Source: Podarcis muralis
Lineage: Eukaryota
Direction of reading: 5' to 3'
Length of the DNA stretch: 64,000 nt
NCBI RefSeq assembly: GCF_964188315.1
Contig: NC_135657.1
Span: 64,976,001-65,040,000, forward strand
Part shown: piece by piece, positions 34,431 through 48,872 of the stretch
Layout: each line of letters begins with the position of its first letter
How positions within the stretch are numbered: position 1 is the stretch's first letter
Position numbers and translations under genes: made by a program
The notes under the pieces: model-generated
The model's input: only the letters and a program-made list of their open reading frames with translations
The model's database searches: none
What the model was told of the DNA's origin: nothing

Positions 34431-36588
34431 ATATTGGTACAGGACCAGGGGGAACTTATGTTTGCAATATGTCACAGCAGGATTTGGGTATCTTTTTCCA
34501 ACAGAGGATAACTTTTCAAAACCTCCTGGGGGGCCACATGTGACTGGTAAATGGGGCCAGAAGAAAAAAGTGGGCCGTGCAGTGGCTGTGAGGCTAAATT
34601 CCAGCTGCGCAAAAGACAGAGATTTCTACACAGGCACTCATTGCTCTCCACCCTGGCATGTGAAAGGCATTGTCACAGGTCAAGTAAACATTCCAAGCCA
34701 GGCTACTTAGGTTTGGTTGTACCTAGTGCAAAAGGATTTCAGGTTGCACCGGAACAAAATATGAGAAAGAGGCAATGGCCACCTTTCCTCTGAAAGTATA
34801 AAAACAATACAATTATTCAAACGTGAATGAAGTGCTAATCAAAACTTATGGTTATGAGGGAAGAGGGTTTAAAAATGCAGTAGTCCTTCCAGGAGTTCAG
34901 TGCTACAGCTTCCTGATCACCATCTTAAAACTATAACAGATTGCATACGTACAGGGCTTCCAGCACACCGTGCGCTATCATTTCTCTTCTCTGCATTTTT
35001 CTCTTTTAAAATTGTGTGTGAGAAAGTGTACCGTGAAACTAAAAAAAAAGAGCGTACTGCTGTGTGATATTAGAGGGTTCTAGAACAGTATTGTGGCACC
35101 GTTCCTGATTGAAAAGTATCATTCAGATCTTCCCCCACCCTATACACTTTTTGTGTTATTAACTGTTACGTTTGCCCTACTGACAAAAAGACTGTCAACC
35201 TAAATATCCTGCTGTCTCCTACTGAGGTTTTCATTGCAGGAATTTCTAACCCCCCCCCCCCACGTATAGTGTTTTCAAGTGTACAAAATAATTCATAATT
35301 CCTTACAGGACCCCCGCATTGGAGACTGGACTGAAAGACAGTGACTTCACCATGAGATTAGAGTTTGAACTTGGGTTTCAACACACTGCACCCCTTAAAA
35401 ATAAACTCTACTATACGGTACTCCACTGCACACAACATAGCATGCAAAGTCTATGAAGCTGATGGACTTTGATCATTAATTATGGCTTAAGCAACTTACT
35501 CAAAAGTAGTACTGCTGAAATCAAATGAAAGGTTTGGAATATATGGTGTTCTGAGCAGAGCACAGTCTTAGCAACCTGATCCTATGTATATTTACTTACA
35601 AGCAAGACCCACAGAGTTCACTGGGACTTGTTCCCTTTCCCAAATAAATGTATGCAGAATGTTCCCATGTAAATGTGCTCAGTATGTAAGAAATTCCAAT
35701 GCAAATGTGCACACATCTTTTAATGGCATTAAGGCACAAATGCACAGGCTACATTGCAGTGCCTTTGCAGTCAACTGCACCGTCAAAAAATGTGTTTAGT
35801 TAGCCCCCATCTAATTCATTTCATTTCCAAGAATACTGAATTTCAAATTAAAAATTATCATATTCCTTGTCTGTTTTATCTTTTTCCTACAGAATTTCCA
35901 GTGATTTTATTACCGTACCCGATACACTGAAACATTGTTTTCCTAGTAAAAAGAAAAGAAATGCAGGTCTTTGTGAATCAGAAACAGTGCCAGAAATCTG
36001 GGAGAGAGTTTTGTCCATTAAAAATTCATGCCATCACTGAGATTCAGTCTTGTAAAACACAACAGGATCAGAACAGTCAGCAGGCAATTGCTTTGCAAAT
36101 AATTGATATTTGCATTTCTTCAGCCTAAAGACTACCCAAATGCATACACACCTTAATCCCAAACATATTTATTTAGAAGTCATGCTGATTTTCACCTCTT
36201 TTTTTATGCAGAAGACTGTCATTTATACAGGAATGTTTTTGTAAGAAAATGGAATTGTGGGAGGGAGGCATTATCTACTTTCTCTTACCTATTATCAACA
36301 TACAGCTACTTTTTAAGAGAAGGAAAATACCTACAACCACTTGTATTGTACCAGAAATCATAAAGCAGGCTTCCTTTGAAAAATACTTCTTCGGAGTAGT
36401 TTTCCCCTTCTCACTGCATTGTTAAATATCTGAATCAGAAAATATGGGGGATTTAAAGATCTATGGGAGGTTCCCTTTGAAAAGGGATCCAGGGAAAATC
36501 TTTTAAATCCAGGATACTTGAGCTAGATGGGATGAAAACTGCCCCACAGACATAAAAATTCAGCCTTCAACTTCAGATATTTGGGGAT

Positions 36589-36591
<3 letters not shown>

Positions 36592-36638
<47 letters not shown>
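36592..36638. repeat. (TG)n microsatellite
   Basis: Direct reading. Confidence 0.95.
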
Positions 36639-36642
<4 letters not shown>

Positions 36643-39421
36643 TTTCTCTTTTGCCTTTTGAAATGTCTGTTGTAACCCGAGGAAGGAATGGTGTTAATAA
36701 ACAATCACAGGAAGAAACTAAAGGAATATACATTCAATACTAACCCACAGCAAAGTTGGACAGCTCTGCTGGAGAAGTGTTAACATTAAAAGTATGTTTT
36801 TTAAAAGCGGGTGGGAATGTTGAGGAAACATAAGGAAAACATTACATAAACAGTACGTTCTCTCCAGGGACGAGGTATTCCAGACTAACCTTCACCAGAG
36901 TGCTTCACAGTGCAGACACATTGCATAGATTCATTATATTGCTGTTAATGCACAGCTTCCAGTTATTAGGCAGATCGCATGAAAGGCTTCTCAGCTTCAG
37001 CCTGGGTTATACCCTGTAGTCACTGTACCATCTCAGGGAGAATACATACTTTGTTTCAAACCAGAGACAGGTCCATTTTAATTGATGCATTTGGTTTTAT
37101 CTAGACTCCTGGTCCCGTCCCACTCTCTGATATTATATTGGAGGGGAAATGCAGTAATATTTGCTAAGCACTTCCAAAATGAGAAGCAAAATAAAACTTG
37201 AACACTATCTTAAAATATTCATAGTTCATAGTTAATATTTTATTAATATTCCGATGTATTTCAAATTTGGTACAGTATGGTGGTGTGTTGTTGTTTTTAA
37301 GTTAAGTTGCCTCCAGAGAAATCTTTTTGTAGTAAGTGTCAAATAAAATAAATAAAACACAATAACTCCTTAGTTCACTGGGGGTAATTGGGAAGGCTTA
37401 TTGCATATTGATATCAATATTTTTGTGATTGTATTTTTTGTAATTATAAGTTTTAAAATTGTTTTTAATGTTGTATTTAAAATTGTTGTCACCTGCCCTA
37501 GTGAAGGGTGGGCTAACAATAAATAAATAATAAATAAAGCCAGCATTGCAGAAGAAGATAACAGAAAATCATGCTGCTGCCTATTTTGACAGTGAGTGAA
37601 ATGTAAAATTTGGTGTTGAGGCTTATGCCGTTTTAGCTATAGGTGCTGAACAAGTTCATTTTCTTGCCCTTTGTTTCTAACTATAAAAAGATCAACTGCT
37701 GATAGAAGCAGCTGTAATAATGAACAGGGTTCATGAACATACAATATCACTGAAATCCAGTTCTGTCATTGTGAAAGACTGTGTGTGGTGGGTTGTTGTT
37801 TTTTACAGTAATGTAGGCATAGGATTTTATTTTTATGTCCGCCAACATGTTACTACACCACTGGCAAAGTTGGCATTGACTGTGTAAATACAGATACAGG
37901 ATGATTATCTTGGTGGAAGAGTTCTGCCACAAACCCTGGTGCCCATAGCAGCTGATGGTGGGGAGACTGTAGACTCTGAGATGAAGGATTTAAAGAAGCC
38001 TTCAGGTGCCAGAATATTGTGAAGCAAACATATGGAGAGCTAAAGGCATCTTTGTCACTAAAATCAGATATAGATCTTGGAGGATTTTCACGTAGACATG
38101 GAATGGGACTGTACTAAATGAGAATTGACTGGTGGAAACTTACATTGCTTTAGAAAAGGAAAATATTTTACATATTCTTGATATGTAATGGATATTGGCT
38201 TGTGTTCAATGCACATAGTTTAAAACACCCATTTGTCACAAACATTTCTTAGCTGTGATCCAATTTAAAGCTAGGCATACATGTTGATTTCAGTAGTCTT
38301 TAACTGTGCATAACTAGATTGGTCACCATGTGTTAGAAGTACCTATAAAATGTTTCTCCCGTGCACAGTAAAACATATTGGGCATGATACACCCAAAATT
38401 AACATTTTTAAGACCCACTGATCTTACTAGAAAAGAATTATGCGCATGTTTAACTATCCCATAGAAATCCATGGGACTTTAATATGCTTAAGTTCATCTA
38501 TAAGATTTTAAGTAAATTATTATCAGCAACAACCTATCCTATTAACTTTTCATTATTTTCCAAATGACAATCAATTAAGTAATGGCTTTGTGAATATTAT
38601 ATATAATTTTGGTAAGGTTTGATATGGACATATGTCTAACATAAAATCATCATCCAGAACCTGTGACTGCAGTTGTGAGATACAAACACAATGTTAATTG
38701 TGATTTAGAAACTTACTGTTCCTAGAAGTACTACTGATATGGCTACACTATTTCCATATCTGCCTCCTCCTCGTCCTCCGAAACTATGTCTCTTATTTTC
38801 CATAACATGCAACCTGATGTTAATGTTGTCATGAAAAGATTTTCAAAAGCACTTAGAAACTGGTATCAATGAACTAGTATCAATACAAAATAAGAATTTG
38901 AGATGCACCTTAGCAGTGCTTTTTTTCCGGGGGGACACAGGGGTATGCATATCCCTAAACATTTTGTGAATCATTGAGGGGCAGTATTTCAATATGAGTA
39001 GGAAAATGACAGTACTCCTAAATATTTTCAATAACTCACTTGCCTACATTTTTCAGCAGAATAATATTTCAGTTGTTACCAGAAAGAGCACATGGCATAA
39101 TCCTAGTAGTAATTAGGACAATGGATTAATTTTTTTCCATGAAGTTAGAAAATATATTAATTAAAAGTAATTGGATTATTCCTTATTATCTTATCCTAAA
39201 GCCATGAAAACACTAGCTCCGTTCACTTTTGGGTCTTGCTAATGAGCGATGCAATTAGTTGCAAGCTGGCTAATGTAAGGGAGAAGAGATGCTTGGTAAC
39301 TTGAGAATGTATTACACAGTCTACCATATTCATTTATTTATCTATAGGAGTATTTCTACACTGTCAATTCATTCAAAAAAAGATATGGCAGTGTACAATA
39401 TAGTCAGTATAGAAGTATCTA

Positions 39422-39774
39422 TTAAAGGTAAAGGGACCCCTGACTATTAGGTCCAGTCGTGGCTGACTCTAGGGGTGTGGCGCTCATTTTGCTTTATTGG
39501 CTGAGGGAGCCGGCATACAGCTTCCGGGTCATGTGGCCAGCATGACTAAGCCGCTTCTGGCGAACCAGAGCAGCGCACGGAAACGCTGTTTACCTTCCCG
39601 TCGGAGCGGTACCTATTGATATACTTGCACTTTGAAGTGCTTTCGAACTGCTAGGTTGGCAGGAGCAGGGACTGAGCAACAGGAGCTCACCCCGTCGTGG
39701 GGATTCGAACCGCCGACCTTCTGATCGACAAGTCCTGGGTTCTGTAGTTTAACCCATAGTGCCACCCGCATCCC
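39422..39774 (-). mobile_element. Sauria SINE, full length
   Basis: tRNA-derived head GGGATGCGGGTGGCACTATGGG with B-box GGTTCGAATCC on minus strand; TTTACCTTT tail; TSD AGAAGTATCTA (39411-39421, 39775-39785). Confidence 0.93.
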
Positions 39775-41483
39775 AGAAGTATCTAATATATCTTTAATAT
39801 ACTAGGGACTACCGCTTCTGTTCGTCTTGATTGCCCATCCTCAATCCCCCTTCCCTTTCCATCTCATCACAACTCAGCCCTGAAAACTCACCCCTTCACA
39901 GTTCACCCAAATGCCCCCTCTCCATTCTCAGCTTACCCATTTCCACACTCCCACTGTCACTGCCATCACTGGTGGGGGGGGGGGAGAGGAAATAAAACAG
40001 TGAATGTTTTTCTCCCCTTTGTCCACCTTCTTGCCATTACTGTGAGAAGTAACCCTGCATTCTAAAATGTAGGTTTCCTTCTCTTGTTGTTGGCAGCAGG
40101 GGGGCGGGATAGGTGAAGGGGAGAAGGACTTTCTTCATTCTGCTTGCCCTTGTAAGCGGTGGGCACGATGGTAGGAGAAGCTCAGGAAGGCCAGCCTAGG
40201 CTGCCTACTTTCTTGCCCGCTCACTCTACTTGAGCATGCACACTTGATCATCAACAGGTTGACGGATGAGTACAAATATAATATAGAGAGAAAAAAGTGA
40301 AGGGTTTGACCAAGACTTGCACTCAATGGAGTTCTGATTACACTGGATGAAGGAGGAGGGGTTGTGATATTGACCGATTTACCCTTTACCCCTGTGTCCC
40401 CTGAAAAGCTTCCCCAGAGGGTTGGCTGCTGAAGGGGAAAACTGGGAAAAATCAGCACTATGTGGCATTCATTCAGCAGGGAGCCTTTTCTGGATCCTTT
40501 CCCTCCATGAACAGGAGTCCACCTGTTTGCAGAGGGGCAAGCCTGTCTCCAACTCATATTTCAAATGTAAAACTCCTTTTGTTCTTCCCTGTATATAGGG
40601 CAGGCGATAACATTTCTCTTGACAAAAGCTCTCCGAATTTTAACTAGACAAGACACAGATTATGAAAAAAAAACCAACCCTGGACTTAAGCCAATGGGGA
40701 TACTGCCATTGAATTCAACACAGCTGGACATCACCAAGATTTTGTCTATAAGATGTTCTCACGAAGCAAGAATTAGCAGGAGAGATAAAAAAAAATGTAT
40801 TCAACCACACAATACTTAAGAATCCCCCATCCCAAGTGACAAAATGCACAGGGCTTCTGAGATAATGCTAGTGAAAGCTCAGTATTCTGAAAAGCCAGAA
40901 ATACTGTAGGACAATGAGAACACAAGAAGAACCTCAATATATATGACTGAAAGTCCATCTAGTCTACTATTCTAACAATTGCCAGCCAGATGTTTTTGGA
41001 AAGCTTACAAGCAAGGCATGAAGGCACCAATTCTCTCTTCTGCTGTTTGTCCCCAACATCTGGTGTTCAGAGGCATTCCATCTCTGAACAGGTTTCATTT
41101 AGTTATTATGGCTAATAACTGTCTTTGAACTCTGAGATGCCATAGGTATGATGATTTAAATCTATATCAAACCCTTCTTTTCCATATTCCTTATCCTGTT
41201 GCAATTCCCACATGTTTTTGGACATAGATCTTTTGTTTCTGACATCCAGCTTTTGAAATTAATCTTCTGCTATGCTGAAGATAAATTGCAAAAGATGTTA
41301 ATTTAACATTGCAAACAGAGGCTTATTACGGTACGATATCATAGTCCGAATAAGTGGAAAGAAATGGGATGTGTGTATCCTTCCACAGTTACAAATAATA
41401 AGCCTTTGACTGGCTGACAGATAATATATTTTATATTTAACGTTAAAAAATAATGCAGTCACAGTATGAAAATTAGGAATTTA

Positions 41484-42560
41484 GGAACATGAGAAGAGCC
41501 CTGCTGGATCAGACAAAAGGCCTATCTAGTCCAACATCCTGCTATCACAGTGGTCAATCAGATGTCTATGGGAAGCCTGTAATCAAGGCCTGAGGACAAC
41601 ATCACTCTCCTCATTTGTGATTCCCAGCAAGCGGCACACAGAGACATATTGCCTCTGACAGTGGAGGCAAAACATGTTGTTGTTGTTGTTGTTTAGTCGT
41701 TTAGTCGTGTCCGACTCTTCATGACCCCATGGACCAGAGCACACCAGGCACTCCTGTCTTCCACTGCCTCCTGCAGCTTGGTCAAACTCATGCTGGTAGC
41801 TTCGAGAACACTATCCAACCATCTCATCCTCTGTCGTCCCCTTCTTCTTGTGCCCTCCATCTTTCCCAACATCAGGGTCTTTTCCAGGGAGTCTTCTCTT
41901 TTCATGAGGTGGCCAAAGTATTGGAGCCTCAGCTTCAGAATCTGTCCTTCCAGTGAGCACTCAGGGCTGATTTCCTTAAGAATGGAGAAGTTTGATCTTC
42001 TTGCAGTCCATGGGACTCTCAAGAGTCTCCTCCAGCACCATAATTCAAAAGCATCAATTCTTTGGCGATCAGCCTTCTTTATGGTCCAGCTCTCACTTCC
42101 ATACATCACTACTGGGAAAACCATAGCTTTAACTATATGGACCTTTGTTGGCAAGGTGATGTCTCTGCTTTTTAAGATGCTGTCTAGGTTTGTCATTGCT
42201 TTTCTGGAGGCAAAACATAGCCCATCGTTACTAGTCACTACAGTTAGCCTCATCCTCCATGGTTTTTGCCTAATCCCTTTTTAATGCCAGTGAAGTCAAT
42301 GGCCATTACTACAATTTGTGGGAACAAATTCCGCAGTTTAACTATGTGCTGGCTGTGCAAAGAAGTGCTTTCTTTTGTCCATTCTGAATTCAGCTTCATT
42401 GGATGATTCCAGATTTTGATGTTATGAGAGAGGGAATTTGGCCCTACCTCTGTCTACTTTCTCCAGACCATGCATAACCTTATATTCCATGTTCTCCCCC
42501 TTACCTTCTTTCCCTCCCTAAAGTAAAAAGCCCCCTTATAATGAAGGTATATAATATTAT
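41484..42560 (-). mobile_element. Old CR1 LINE 3' region interrupted by BovB
   Basis: CR1 3'-end signature (AACATGAGAAGAGCCCTGCTGGATCAGAC...CATCCTGCTATCACAGTGG); colinear sequence resumes after 42218. Confidence 0.7.
41676..42204 (-). mobile_element. BovB (RTE) LINE, 5'-truncated, 529 bp
   Basis: Uninterrupted RT C-terminal frame (FELWCWRRLLRVPWTARRSN...RQRMRWLDSV); (CAA)n tail; perfect 14-bp TSD TGGAGGCAAAACAT (41662-41675, 42205-42218). Confidence 0.95.
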
Positions 42561-45249
42561 TCAATTTATGAAGCTGGAAGTGCTGAATTGGAAAACTTTT
42601 GCTAAGGAAATAAATAGGTGATTCCCTCCCCCACTAACATAGTCTTGTCAGGCAAGGATGGGGGAACCTGCGGCCATCCAGAAGTTGTTGTACTCCACCT
42701 TACATCAGACTCAGCTAACATGGCCAATAGTCAGAATGATGGGCGATGTAGTCTAGAAATGTGGCCACAGCTTCCCATCAATTGTATAGAGGGTGGGATA
42801 TTTGGCTGCATATACTACTGATCACTCTGTAATGTGTGAATTTTATGGAATTTTAATGCAATTTCATGTTTTTTATACGTTTTAATCACTTTGTCACTGT
42901 ATCAAATAAGTAAACAAATGAAACAACTGCTGCATGAAATGTTGTTGTTGTTTTTGCTTCGATGAGTGCAACAGCCAACTCCTGGATGGTGTTTGTGATG
43001 TAATTAATTATGAGACTCACAACTCTTCACTCTTCCATGCCTGCACTAATTGAGATCTGTTTCTTCTTTAAAGTCGTATTTATTTTTTATTCTTTGGAGA
43101 CTGTGAACTGTCTCCAGTTTCTCCCAATCTCCACAAGGCATGCATTTATTCAAACCATGCTTGGGTGGGTTAGTGCTGTCTTGAGCACCAAGGTTATCTC
43201 CAGAGCAAAGCACCCATCATCAGGGCTATTTATTCATATCCCTATCTTTGAGTGGCTGTGCACCCATTTGTCAGGAATGGTGAAAACATCATGTGATATT
43301 GCATTCAAAATAGAGTTATTTGCACAAAAAAGCACCGAGGGCCTGCCTTGACTGATAACGGGTGCCAATGCCCTGAGTATTTATATTTACAGGGATTAAA
43401 ATGCCAATTGTGTTTCATGGAACCAAATAGGACATATGGCAGATAATCAACCTTTTTAACATTCCGACACAGGATTGTGATCTGATCACGGGAAGGCACC
43501 AGAATTGCAAAACAGTTTGACTTTGCTTCAGTTGGTAATTAATGAGGTGCTAAGAGTAGCTCAGCAAAGCATCCCAGTCTGAGAATTCATGACTCAAGAC
43601 TTAAGAAGATCCCCCTCCATCTCCAATCAATTCAAACAACAGTGTCATTTAAATAAACAGAAAAGACAAGCAACTTCAGACTGGGGTCGGTCTGGTAGCA
43701 TTAGTGGACATCACACAACTCTTAAACTATCCAGTGTAATAGCATGCACATTGTTTAGCACATGTTGTAATTTGTACATTGATCTCTATGACAAACACAG
43801 AAAGCAGAGTTTGCTCTAGCAATGAAGTCAGAACTATAGAAATATTGTAGTATGTGCAGGGAAAACCCCTGATAAATTTAAGATTCAGCTTGAACAGCAG
43901 CAGCCAACATCAGTAGTGTCAAGGACCCTTCTTTTCCAGACTAGTCCGGGAACAGCCAGCTTCTTAACGTTTATACCATCCAGAAGTAACAACTCATACA
44001 TTTACAAAGACAGATTACATGCAATCCCCACTCCAAGAGATGTAATTTTAAAGGTAGGATCTCTGTTTCTTACAGCTTGAAAACAGTTTTTGAAGGGGCC
44101 ATTGGAGATCAGAGAAATAGATTTGGGTCTTTTCAACACACAGGTTTGTTAGCTGTCATTGATTCAGAAGAATGACAATCGTAGCATTTTACAGCATGTA
44201 TGAGTGGTAAACGTGCTTCACTTGAATGTTCTTGTAAAGATCCCCACATAATAAAGTTTAGTCCTGGTGACTGACAGACATCTGGTGATTGGCAGATAGA
44301 CAGCCTGCCAGGGGTGGGGGTAAAGATCTGACCCTCCCACCAGAAAAGATTCCCTCCTCCATAGAGTCTATTTTAAGACAATGATACTTTTTGTTTCTCA
44401 AAGATAGGGGGAAAAATGCTTTGTGTGTGTGTTTTGCTGAGAGTTGTGAAATTGCACATATTTGTCTGTTGTTGTAGATTTGTGTTGTGATTTCATCCCA
44501 GGAGCTTCTCATCTTTTCCTTCATCCTTTTATCTTCATAAGAGCCCTGTGAGGTAGGCTAGGCTAGGCTGAGAGTTGGTACTTCAGATACCAAAGTTGTG
44601 AAATTGTATATAAGAGGGGTTTCTTTTTGTTTGTTGGGGGAAAAGGGGGGGAAAGGATTTTGCTATCAATATCAGGACTTTGAAATATTGCAGTTAAAGC
44701 AAGGGGGCTGCTGTGAAGACATGAGATATATATGGATCTTGCATTTCCACTCAGGAGCTCAAGGCTGTATACATTATCCTCCCCTTCCCCTGCTTTTATC
44801 TTTGCAATAGGACCCACCCTATTATTGCTAAGTGCAATTTGTTTTAAAATTTGTTTTAATAATGAATTCTACAATGTCATAACCTGCTGTGGGATGTTAC
44901 GGTGAAGAGAGGGTAAGAAATCAAAGTAATAATGCTGCAGTATTAATACCACCAGCAACAATACTGTGAGGTTGTTAGGTAGGCTAAGTTAGTATGCACA
45001 TAAACTGTTAGTATGTACATAAGCTGTTCTTGTCAATAGATGCAGAGACGGGGCTGGAACCCACATACAACATACTGAACCCAAGAAATCCTGTTGGCAT
45101 CCCTGGTGACTTGGTACTATTGCTCCGCAGAATAAAAGCTTATTCTCATATTACTTTTACCTGCATGGAGAAGGACAGGGTACTATCCCAATACCAGTTA
45201 TTTTTGTAATGTGGGAATAGCCAGGTGACCATCTAAGTCAGACACACTC

Positions 45250-45251
<2 letters not shown>

Positions 45252-45293
<42 letters not shown>
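45252..45293. repeat. (TCAA)n microsatellite
   Basis: Direct reading. Confidence 0.95.
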
Positions 45294-45294
<1 letters not shown>

Positions 45295-45382
45295 GAAATC
45301 AGTCATTAGGCATTTAGCCAATTCCCTAGCAGGGCATTTGCTAAATATGTGCACAATGGATTCCCCACCCCATGCTAGGAAT

Positions 45383-45543
45383 GCTCTGGTTTTGCCAGAA
45401 GCGGCTTAGTCATGCTGGCCACATGACCCGGAAAAACTGTCTGCGGACAAACGTCGGCTCCCTCGGCCAGTAAAGCGAGATGAGCGCCGCAACCCCAGAG
45501 TTGTTCGTGACTGGACTTAACTGTCAGGTGTCCTTTACCTTTT
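45383..45543 (+). mobile_element. Sauria SINE 3' half
   Basis: GAAGCGGCTTAGTCATGCTGGCCACATGACCCGGAA...CCTTTACCTTT, matching the 39422 and 51958 copies. Confidence 0.88.
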
Positions 45544-47029
45544 TTTATTATCTCCTAGTCACTTGACTCCTTATGCTTGAAAAGTTCATGTAGAAAAAAG
45601 TAGTGCAACAGATGGTCCCAAGAAACATAGCATAAGTGATGACAGAGCTGGCTTGTGTGATATCTCAATGTGTATATGCACAGTGTTGCTAAAGTCCTAA
45701 GTCTAGGCCAGAGATAGGTGAAAATAACTGATTCCTATGGACCACAGTGTGATTAACTCTGTGTTGGATTGTGGCTTTGATTTTCTGCAGGACTAATTTG
45801 AGTATTTACCAATGTCTTTACATATATTTTATTTCTATTCTTTCTTGAAAGCAATCATTGTTATTATAATTTGTGTCCCTGAATCATTTATGCAGAAGTG
45901 GAAAGATATTGAGTAAAAATAAAAGTGTGTCAGAAAGTCAAAATCGGGGCATTTTTGTGGGAACGCTGCTTTCTGTAATGAAAATGAAGCCTGCTATGAA
46001 GCTTTTCCCTTAAAAATACTCTAGAGGGAGTCAAATCTAAGAAAGTTTATTTATGTTTCATGCATTTGAGCTCTTGGGCCTTTTTAAAAACATTCCATGT
46101 GCTTCCTGTTTATCTATTTTATCCCTGCCTATTAATAAGTAGCTTTTGTTTGTACATATTTGTACATGTTCGAATTGGACAAGAACACATAGCACTCAAA
46201 AAAGGCATTATTTAATGTTGTGTGTCATTGTCACAAGATTAAATAGTTTTTGGGGGGGAAATAGGATTGGTTTTAAGTCTGAAAAAAAGAATTGGTTTTA
46301 AGTTTTAACTAAACAATGGGGTTTTTCCCCCACTAAGAATGAGGAAGAAAGAAATTTCATAAACTAAATAAATATGGGGAGGTATTATTTTCAAAATGGG
46401 TCATTTCCCCAAAGACAGTACAATTTTCGGATGTTCTGAAAATAAATGTTTAGATCACCTAGGTGTTTGGAAAGTGAATAGTGATTTCTTTTCAGTTTTC
46501 AAAAATAATATATCATCCTTGCTTTGCTGTTCCAACTACTTGATAGAGACTGCAAAATCATCATCATCATCATCTAAGGTCCATCATATCTCTTTCCATC
46601 TTAAACTTTTGCAGTAGTAATTAAGTGAATGTGAAATCGGAAGAATAGCCTTGCTCAATCAGACCAAAGACCACTTAGCTCAGCAGTCTATAGACAAGAT
46701 TAACCCAGAAGAGGCCCCTGGAAGAAGGTACCATGATTATTGCAATGATTACCACTTCAGAAATGGAGACTTCATAGTCACAATGACATTGGGCATGCCA
46801 TTTTTGCCTGTGTGTGCTGATTGGCAGGGTTTGCGGAGTTCTGTGCATTTGTTGCCACTTCCAAAGTGCTGTGCACATGGCTTTGCAAACCGCATTTGGC
46901 CCAGTGACATATTTACTTGTCTCACACTTGATGTCATGTATGTAAGGCTGGGGTGTGTAGCAGGCAAATTGGAGAAGCCTGGCTGGCGTAATTAGACTGG
47001 AGGTTCCCCACCCCTGGCTTACAGCTCAT

Positions 47030-47270
47030 AAGAGTTCTATCTAAGTTAGTAGAGGTATTGTGGCATTGAACTTCGTAAATTTACTATGGGTTGCGTGAAG
47101 AAGTGGCTCCTTCCTTTTGTGTATTCTAAGTCCACTGCATTGAGTCTAAAATTATGGTCTAAATCCTGGTCTAAAATTATGAAAAACGAAGGGTGGAAAG
47201 TCCTAATTTCTCCTCTTCCGGCACCATTCATACATTTATAGCTCTGTAACACAAAGCCATCTGACATTTT
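47030..47270 (-). mobile_element. CR1 ORF2 C-terminal relic
   Basis: YKCMNG...KGRSHFFTQPIVNLRSSMP resembles CR1 K..FFTQRIVNLWNSLP. Confidence 0.65.
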
Positions 47271-47987
47271 CTCAGCTGTTGCCTCTTAGGCATGCCCTTT
47301 TATTAACTAATTTTGGAAAAGAAATGTCAAGAATTGGGCCCCTGAAGCCAAAGTTTAGCATTTAATGTCCTGTTGATTTAAGCAGGGGAGTTAATCCCTT
47401 AAGTAAGTGAATAAAAACAACTCTCCCATTGAAATGAATGGGATTAAGAAGTGATTAACTTTGGCTGGATTGTCCCCCATGATCCTTGTATAACTATCAG
47501 CTAATGAAATGTCACTCAAGCAGGGCATCTCCACTGGCAGGTGACAATGGCGGCCAATGCAGGCAGTTCATAAGAATCAGGTCAGTGTGTATTATGCTCT
47601 TAAGAAACAAAGCAAGCAAGCAAGCAAGCAAGCAAAGAGGAAGTCCAGTTCATCAGGAAAACCAATTTTTGTGTTTGTTTTGGCAAATGACTCTTTGTGG
47701 ATTTGGTCCATTCCAAGTGTGGCCACAATTCCAGCCCTCGTATCAGCCTTGTGTACAGCGGACGAATGAATGTAGGTCATTCTCTCTCGATCATCTGAAC
47801 ACCTGCAACATGAGAAGAACAGCCAATGGCTCGGCCTCAAAGTATTTGTCATGCTGATTAGTAAAACTTACTAAAATGGCTAGTGACAAATTTTGAGAAG
47901 ACTTCTGACAAAACTGATGTTATGGCTGAGATCCAACGTAACATTTGCTCAAGAAAGCCATCTTATCAAGAGGTCCAGTCCACACAA

Positions 47988-48232
47988 TACAGTGGTACCT
48001 CAGTTTATGAACTTAATCCATTCCGGAAGTCTGTTCTTAAACCAAAACTGTTCTTAAACCGAGGTGCGCTTTCCCTAATGAGGCCTCCCGCCGCCGGTGC
48101 CTTTCCACTGTTTGGCTTCCATTCTTAGACCAAGATAAAGTTCACAAACCAGGGCACTACTTTCAGTTTTGTGGAGTTCGTAAACCGAATTGTTCATAAA
48201 CAGGGCTGTTATTAAACTGAGGTGCCACTGTA
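47988..48232. mobile_element. Tc1/mariner MITE inserted in an L2 relic
   Basis: TA flanks; TIR CAGTGGTACCTCAGTTTA / TAAACTGAGGTGCCACTG; L2 3' sequence continues at 48235-48456. Confidence 0.85.
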
Positions 48233-48456
48233 TAAGAATTGGGCCTTGAGTGCTGTGGAAACTACCCTTTGGAATTCCCTCCCCTTGAATATTAGACAGG
48301 TGCCATCTCTCTTGTCTTTTTGGCACCTACTGAAGACCTTCCTATTTCAGCAAGCCTTTAAAATTGATATCTTTCTTTTTCTGCACCTGTACTGGAATTG
48401 GTTTTTTATTGCTTTGTCACTTGTTCTTTGCTACCCTGGGCTCCTTCAGGAGGAAG

Positions 48457-48628
48457 CATGGGCATAGCCAGCATTTATTTTAGGGGGACAGACTTTATTG
48501 GGGGGGGCAGAACCGAGTTATCCGCAACTCAATTTGTCAGTTAGTTACGGTAAATATTTTTATTTATTTACTTGATGGGGGGACAGCTGCAACCCCTAAC
48601 CATGCCCATGGGACGAACTACGCCCATG
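48457..48628. mobile_element. MITE (PIF/Harbinger-like ends)
   Basis: TIR CATGGGCATAG / CTACGCCCATG; superfamily uncertain. Confidence 0.6.
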
Positions 48629-48843
48629 GGATGTCAGATATGTATTCTGTAGTTGACCTCCTTTGTAATGTTTTATTTTGAAATCTTTAAGATAATATTT
48701 TAGTTTTCTGTTAATTATGTTGCTTTGACTGTGTATTCTATATTTGACTTTCTTCAGAAATGTTTGACTCTGGATTGTTTTATTGATGTTTTAATATGCT
48801 GTAAACCGCTTTTAGATTTTTCTTAAAAATATAAAGCAGTATA

Positions 48844-48872
48844 GAAATGAAATGAAATGAAATGAAATGAAA
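48844..48872. repeat. (GAAAT)n repeat, likely a LINE tail
   Basis: Follows CTGTAAACCGCTTT...ATAAAGCAGTATAG, a LINE 3'-end-like motif. Confidence 0.8.

Noticed and set aside
40135-40557. 140-aa minus-strand ORF in the upstream desert
   Set aside because: No domain or exon structure recognised.
41693-42253. 186-aa ORF (and 10456-10836) as genes
   Set aside because: 5'-truncated BovB reverse transcriptase ends; N-termini are flanking DNA.
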